Shown: in pieces, positions 58,896-64,000 of the stretch
How the letters are laid out: each line of letters opens with the position of its first letter
Numbering within the stretch: the stretch's first letter is position 1
From: Escherichia phage vB_EcoM_NBG2
Strand: one strand, 5' to 3'
DNA length: 64,000 bases
Sequence record: NC_054925.1
Notes under the pieces: generated by a model
Database searches by the model: none
The model's input: the letters and a program-made list of their open reading frames with translations, nothing else
What the model was told of the DNA's origin: nothing
Program-made: the position numbers and the translations under genes

Positions 58896-59161
58896 TAGTA
58901 TTTTTCCTCTGGTTGGAACACAGCACGACAAGCCCACATACTGGCTTCTTTGAGTTTCGTTTTAGCAATAGCTAACTGATCGAGGCTTTCAGCATAATTC
59001 TTCGCGAGTTCAAAGTCTTCGCAATTATCTAGTGCTTCCCAGAATTCATCATATAAAGCATCAAAGATAAGTCCTAAACGAACTTCAGCGTCTTTAATAG
59101 CATTTACTTTACCGATTTTTTCGTCGGTATGTGGCTTATAACCTTTAATATCTTCAATCAT
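58895..59161 (-). CDS. hypothetical protein
   Basis: Trimmed to M13; 88 aa. Confidence 0.4.
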   Translation of the reverse strand: MIEDIKGYKPHTDEKIGKVNAIKDAEVRLGLIFDALYDEFWEALDNCEDFELAKNYAESLDQLAIAKTKLKEASMWACRAVFQPEEKY

Positions 59162-59375
59162 ATTTGACTTCCTCACCAGTACATAAATCGTATTCAACTA
59201 AACGAATAGGTTCATGAATGCCATATCCTTGAACAGAAATTTCTGTCGTAGGATAAATTCCATTAATATCACCCATGTTCCATGCTTCGTTAAATTGCTG
59301 TTCGCCTGAATTACTAAACCACTCGGCGAAAGCATTTAGCACATCTTCAGAACCTTCAATAATTATCTTTGCCAT
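59154..59375 (-). CDS. hypothetical acidic protein
   Basis: 73 aa ORF. Confidence 0.45.
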   Translation of the reverse strand: MAKIIIEGSEDVLNAFAEWFSNSGEQQFNEAWNMGDINGIYPTTEISVQGYGIHEPIRLVEYDLCTGEEVKYD

Positions 59376-59737
59376 TACAAACTCTCGGTGAAGGTACGAG
59401 CGATAACGTCGCGCTGCTGTTCCGGAGTCAGAGAGTTAAAGCGAACTGCATAACCGGATACACGGATGGTCAGCTGCGGATATTTTTCCGGATGCTTAAC
59501 TGCATCTTCCAGAGTTTCACGACGCAGAACGTTAACGTTCAGGTGTTGACCACCTTCAATTTTAACTGTAGGCTGTTGCTCAATTTCAATTTCACGGGCA
59601 TGCAAACCATAGAAAATTTCTGGGTCTACAAAAGAGTCCTCTTTAAAGGTTTTAGAGACAATAATTCGTGCTTGAATACCATCTTCAAAATAAATAGTAC
59701 CTTTATGTGTGCCTTCAAGAATTTGATATGCTTTCAT
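59375..59737 (-). CDS. autonomous glycyl-radical cofactor (GrcA/YfiD-like)
   Basis: 120 aa; C-terminal [28 protein letters not shown] glycyl-radical motif; coding DNA visibly more GC-rich than neighbours. Confidence 0.7.
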   Translation of the reverse strand: MKAYQILEGTHKGTIYFEDGIQARIIVSKTFKEDSFVDPEIFYGLHAREIEIEQQPTVKIEGGQHLNVNVLRRETLEDAVKHPEKYPQLTIRVSGYAVRFNSLTPEQQRDVIARTFTESL

Positions 59738-59743
59738 ATAACC

Positions 59744-60073
59744 TCAATTAGAAAATAAATTTATCCAAGATTGTTCTTTAATTAAAAATGGCTCAGAATC
59801 ATATGCCATTAAACTCTGTGTGATTAGTCCTTTAAAAGGCCCATCAATAAATTCCATGGTAAAATATGGAATTTTATTCATTAGCCGTGCATTAGGAGCC
59901 GTGCACAAAACTCTGCATCCTTTGAATACGCCTTTTTGTAATTTGTATTGCTTGGGATAAAATTCGCTCAAAATGTTATTTTTTGCCAAAATTTCAAAAT
60001 GATTCACCAATTTATTTTTAATAGTTTTTGGCGAAAAATAAAGATATTCGAAAAGCTGAGTGTCTGTCATCAT
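59744..60073 (-). CDS. hypothetical protein
   Basis: Trimmed to M18 (ATGA coupling); 109 aa. Confidence 0.4.
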   Translation of the reverse strand: MMTDTQLFEYLYFSPKTIKNKLVNHFEILAKNNILSEFYPKQYKLQKGVFKGCRVLCTAPNARLMNKIPYFTMEFIDGPFKGLITQSLMAYDSEPFLIKEQSWINLFSN

Positions 60074-60657
60074 TGCATTCCGATTACGAAAAACTGTGGA
60101 CGAGTAATACCACCAATGCAACATTTAATATTACAGCAGCAGTGTACAGTGTCAATATGGACACTATAAATCTTATCCATATCAGGAGATTTGACAGGCT
60201 CATCAATTATATACAAAATTCGCGAAAGCGATAAACCTCTGAACTTACTTCCTTTATTACCGATAAAACTGCGCACAGAATCAGTAAATAAACGAAAACG
60301 TATATCATCATTAGAATAACGCGAAAATTCCTTTTTGATGTTATTTGCAGAAATTTTAGCGTAAGCTGAAGTATTAGAAAGAACAATAACTGTTCCACCG
60401 TCATACAACCAATTAGCGGCAAAATTAGTTACTGCAGTTGATTTACCAGATTGACGCCCACCATCTAGTCGAAGTGTACAATACTGCTTAAGTAAGTCTT
60501 CAAATGGTGGGATATAATCGTTTTTACAAATTTCTTCTACTCTAGCATCAGAATGGTGTGTAAAAGCATTCATCAGGGATAGATAAGGACCAGTTAAAAA
60601 TGTTCTCATTTTATTCTCTCTAAATTTGGGCCATTCCATGGCGCATGAATTGTCCAT
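60070..60657 (-). CDS. hypothetical protein with P-loop-like motif
   Basis: 195 aa; GGRQSGKST Walker-A-like and ILYIIDEP; start uncertain. Confidence 0.45.
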   Translation of the reverse strand: MDNSCAMEWPKFRENKMRTFLTGPYLSLMNAFTHHSDARVEEICKNDYIPPFEDLLKQYCTLRLDGGRQSGKSTAVTNFAANWLYDGGTVIVLSNTSAYAKISANNIKKEFSRYSNDDIRFRLFTDSVRSFIGNKGSKFRGLSLSRILYIIDEPVKSPDMDKIYSVHIDTVHCCCNIKCCIGGITRPQFFVIGMQ

Positions 60658-60762
60658 TTCTGTATTTACCCATTACCGCACTCAGGCTCGACCTTATTAC
60701 AGGTTGGCGGGAATCCCTCATAGAATCATGAGGTCCAGTTTGTTCCCATATTTCTTATTTGC

Positions 60763-61236
60763 TTATTTGAACGATTTAACGTACTGAATAGAACCTTTAC
60801 TATTTACAAAGGCAATTTTACCATTTTTATTATACATTGTAGCAGTACGTTGATAGCCATAAGTTTGTTTACCAGATTGATAACCAACTAATGCAAAATT
60901 ATCTTCACCCATTTTATTCTGTTTAGCGCGAATGCGTTCATGACCATGTGCCATAAGAACCTTAGCATCACCAGTTGCAATGGATCGACGAGTTTTTTCA
61001 TCTTCAACTGTATTAACAAAGTCGTCAAATGAATCAAATTTAGCATGAGATTTATTATACAGTTTTCCATCTACTGCATAATTATATCCCTGTACATCCA
61101 TCTCAACTTCTGTACCATCATCCAATACAGCAGTAATTTTTTGACCTTTTTTAAATTTCAAAAGATCAGTAAAAGATTCAGCGATAATTTGAGAATTAAT
61201 AGCTGCTTCAGTGATAAATTCTTGATATGTTTTCAT
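60763..61236 (-). CDS. internal protein with capsid targeting sequence
   Basis: 157 aa; N-terminal MKTYQEFITEA matches the T4 IP targeting sequence as recalled; immediately upstream of gene e. Confidence 0.65.
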   Translation of the reverse strand: MKTYQEFITEAAINSQIIAESFTDLLKFKKGQKITAVLDDGTEVEMDVQGYNYAVDGKLYNKSHAKFDSFDDFVNTVEDEKTRRSIATGDAKVLMAHGHERIRAKQNKMGEDNFALVGYQSGKQTYGYQRTATMYNKNGKIAFVNSKGSIQYVKSFK

Positions 61237-61290
61237 ATGTTTCCTTTAAATATTTTAATTAGTAATTTGTCTCTTCAAGCAACTGTGAAT

Positions 61291-61320
61291 ATACTATCAC
61301 AATTCTAGGAGAAAGTAAAC
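61291..61320 (-). promoter_or_regulatory. early promoter upstream of internal-protein gene
   Basis: GTTTAC, 18 nt, TGATAGTAT. Confidence 0.5.
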
Positions 61321-61324
61321 AACT

Positions 61325-62293
<969 letters not shown>

Positions 62294-62312
<19 letters not shown>

Positions 62313-62782
62313 TCAGTGATAAAGTTATTTAAATTTTGAGTATATTTCTTTTCATCAAAAATCTTTTGTTGTCTGCGTAAACGCCATGGCATTTCAATGA
62401 ACATACGCCATATTCCTGATAATACTGCTGCTGTAAAAATATTAACAAGTATAGTTAAAAGAACCCAATCTCCTATTCTGTCCATTGGATTTTTTATAAA
62501 AAAGTAAAATACGAACGATGATATAGGAAGACTAATGATATACCACAGAAGAACCTTCTTATCTGTGAACCAATCAGCATTCGTTAACTTAGCGCGACCG
62601 TTTTGAATACATACGAACTTATCATCTGTTACAGTAAATGGCTTAGCTGCTTGATATCCCATTCTAAACTCCCTAATTAATCGTTTCTTTGTATCTTCAG
62701 AACAACCATTCCAGTCAACTCTATCAACTGGAATGCCATCATCCCCATCATCTAAATCATACCAGCGAGTTTTTAAAATCAT
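62294..62782 (-). CDS. small membrane protein, paralog family (C-terminal CRK motif)
   Basis: 162 aa; TM helices; C-terminus FITECRKLK. Confidence 0.5.
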
Positions 62783-63141
62783 TTAATTTTCCTACAATCA
62801 CTCACAAACTCTTTCATTGACTCATTTTCAATATAAGACATGTAGCTATTATATTCCTTTAATTGTATTTTGTAATCCTTTTTTCTTTGCCAATTTATTT
62901 TAAAATTATCATAATGAAAATATAAAATGATACCAAAGAATGAAAACAATGAAATAATTTTAGTATAACAAAGCTCATTCCAAACTTCTGTTATATTTAC
63001 TGTGCCGTCGATGTTTAAAATAAGACAGTCAATTAACAATCCAAAAAGACTACCCGCAAGAGCTGCAGCCAACGCCACAGCAAAAATTAAAAATGACTCA
63101 GAAAACGAATATTTGACTTTATTTAGTTTTGGCTTTTGCAT
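62779..63141 (-). CDS. small membrane protein, paralog family
   Basis: 120 aa; C-terminus FVSDCRKIK. Confidence 0.5.
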   Translation of the reverse strand: MQKPKLNKVKYSFSESFLIFAVALAAALAGSLFGLLIDCLILNIDGTVNITEVWNELCYTKIISLFSFFGIILYFHYDNFKINWQRKKDYKIQLKEYNSYMSYIENESMKEFVSDCRKIK

Positions 63142-63536
63142 CGTGATTCCTTAACAAATTTCATAATTTCATTAAATTCATACTCAGCAAGTTTAAGCTG
63201 GTGTTCCTTTTTAATCTTTTTACACTGAGCTTTCCAATCGTGTACACGTTTACGATAATGTCTTCCTTGATACCAGTATCCTACCCAATTTACGGGTACT
63301 AATAAAAGTGGAACTACCAATGGAAGAATTAGCATTAACACAAGTATTTCGCCAGAATCAATATCAGTCATAACATCTAAAACACCTCCAATAATCAATA
63401 GAATTACAAATGATATAAGTATAACAGGACCTATTAATACATCAGTAGAAATTATCTGGTGCTTTGATTCATACTTCAAAGGTTTACTTGGAAGGTATAG
63501 TGATGGTTTTGACATATTCTCTACATTCCTTAACAA
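63123..63536 (-). CDS. small membrane protein, paralog family
   Basis: 137 aa; C-terminus FVKESRCKSQN. Confidence 0.5.
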   Translation of the reverse strand: MLRNVENMSKPSLYLPSKPLKYESKHQIISTDVLIGPVILISFVILLIIGGVLDVMTDIDSGEILVLMLILPLVVPLLLVPVNWVGYWYQGRHYRKRVHDWKAQCKKIKKEHQLKLAEYEFNEIMKFVKESRCKSQN

Positions 63537-63867
63537 ATTTTTCTAATAATAAATCGCTTTCAAAATTGGGATTTTCCACGAATTTATCAAAAAGATCATC
63601 AACAATAGTTAAGATATTCTTTTTACTAAGAATACGCTTATTTTCATGCTTCGTTTCAGAATCAACTATAAGAGTAAAGAAATATTTCTTGCCCTGAAAT
63701 TTTACAGTAGTATCAATATAGAATAAATTTGACTTTTGTAAATTACGTTTAAACCATGCGTCACTTAAACTATAAACACCGAGATAATCATAATCGTCGT
63801 TTAAATAACATACTGTCCATTCAGGAGAAATGAAATCAGTAAATTCAACATCAAAATCACGCGTCAA
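63484..63867 (-). CDS. hypothetical protein
   Basis: 127 aa; C-terminal KFVKECREYVK; start probably internal. Confidence 0.4.
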   Translation of the reverse strand: MTRDFDVEFTDFISPEWTVCYLNDDYDYLGVYSLSDAWFKRNLQKSNLFYIDTTVKFQGKKYFFTLIVDSETKHENKRILSKKNILTIVDDLFDKFVENPNFESDLLLEKFVKECREYVKTITIPSK

Positions 63868-64000
63868 TGAATGAATTGATTCAATACTGTTAATAAGTAT
63901 TCCAGGACGTATTAAAGACTTTTTACCTCTGGAAAATCTTCCAGAAAGACTTTCATCAGTTTCATATGAAGAACCCCAATAATAATTACGTCCTTCTGCC
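63867..64000 (-). CDS. partial ORF running off the window end (C-terminal part only)
   Basis: open minus-strand frame to the window edge; no track entry. Confidence 0.3.

Overview
This window reads as a contiguous early/middle-gene region of a T4-like (T-even) myovirus, colinear with the phage T4 map from rIIA through gene e and the e.x ORFs. Almost every gene is on the minus strand, tightly packed, with many ATGA / TAATG stop-start overlaps. Recognisable products: rIIA, topoisomerase II large subunit (gene 39, uninterrupted), DexA, Dda, ModA/ModB ADP-ribosyltransferases, Soc, dCTPase (56), primase (61), Dmd, helicase (41), UvsX, dCMP hydroxymethylase (42), Imm, DNA polymerase (43), RegA, clamp loader (62/44), sliding clamp (45), RpbA, Rad50/Mre11-like 46/47, alpha-glucosyltransferase, late sigma factor gp55, NrdH/NrdG/NrdD, endonuclease VII (49), NrdC, rI, thymidine kinase, macro-domain protein, SLT-like transglycosylase, RegB, GrcA-like glycyl-radical cofactor, an internal protein, lysozyme e and NudE. 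Intergenic DNA carries repeated early-promoter modules (GTTTAC -35 and TATAAT-like -10 on the minus strand), GC-stem hairpins with CGAA loops (UUCG in the mRNA), a few TATAAATA late promoters and MotA-box middle promoters. Differences from T4 as I remember it (unverified): gene 39 is one continuous ORF with no gene-60 bypass, nrdD is intronless, and no seg/mob genes sit at the T4 positions. I found no tRNA, rRNA, CRISPR array or integrase. The best candidates for little-studied biology are a tandem array of 4-5 divergent paralogs with coiled-coil tails (44.3-49.3 kb), an adjacent ATPase plus nucleotidyltransferase-fold pair (49.8-51.9 kb), a small capsid-targeting-sequence-like ORF beside the primase, and a GT-A glycosyltransferase in the beta-gt slot; none is proven novel. 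All names rest on motifs read by eye and recalled T4 synteny; regulatory-site coordinates are hand-counted and may be off by 1-2 nt.
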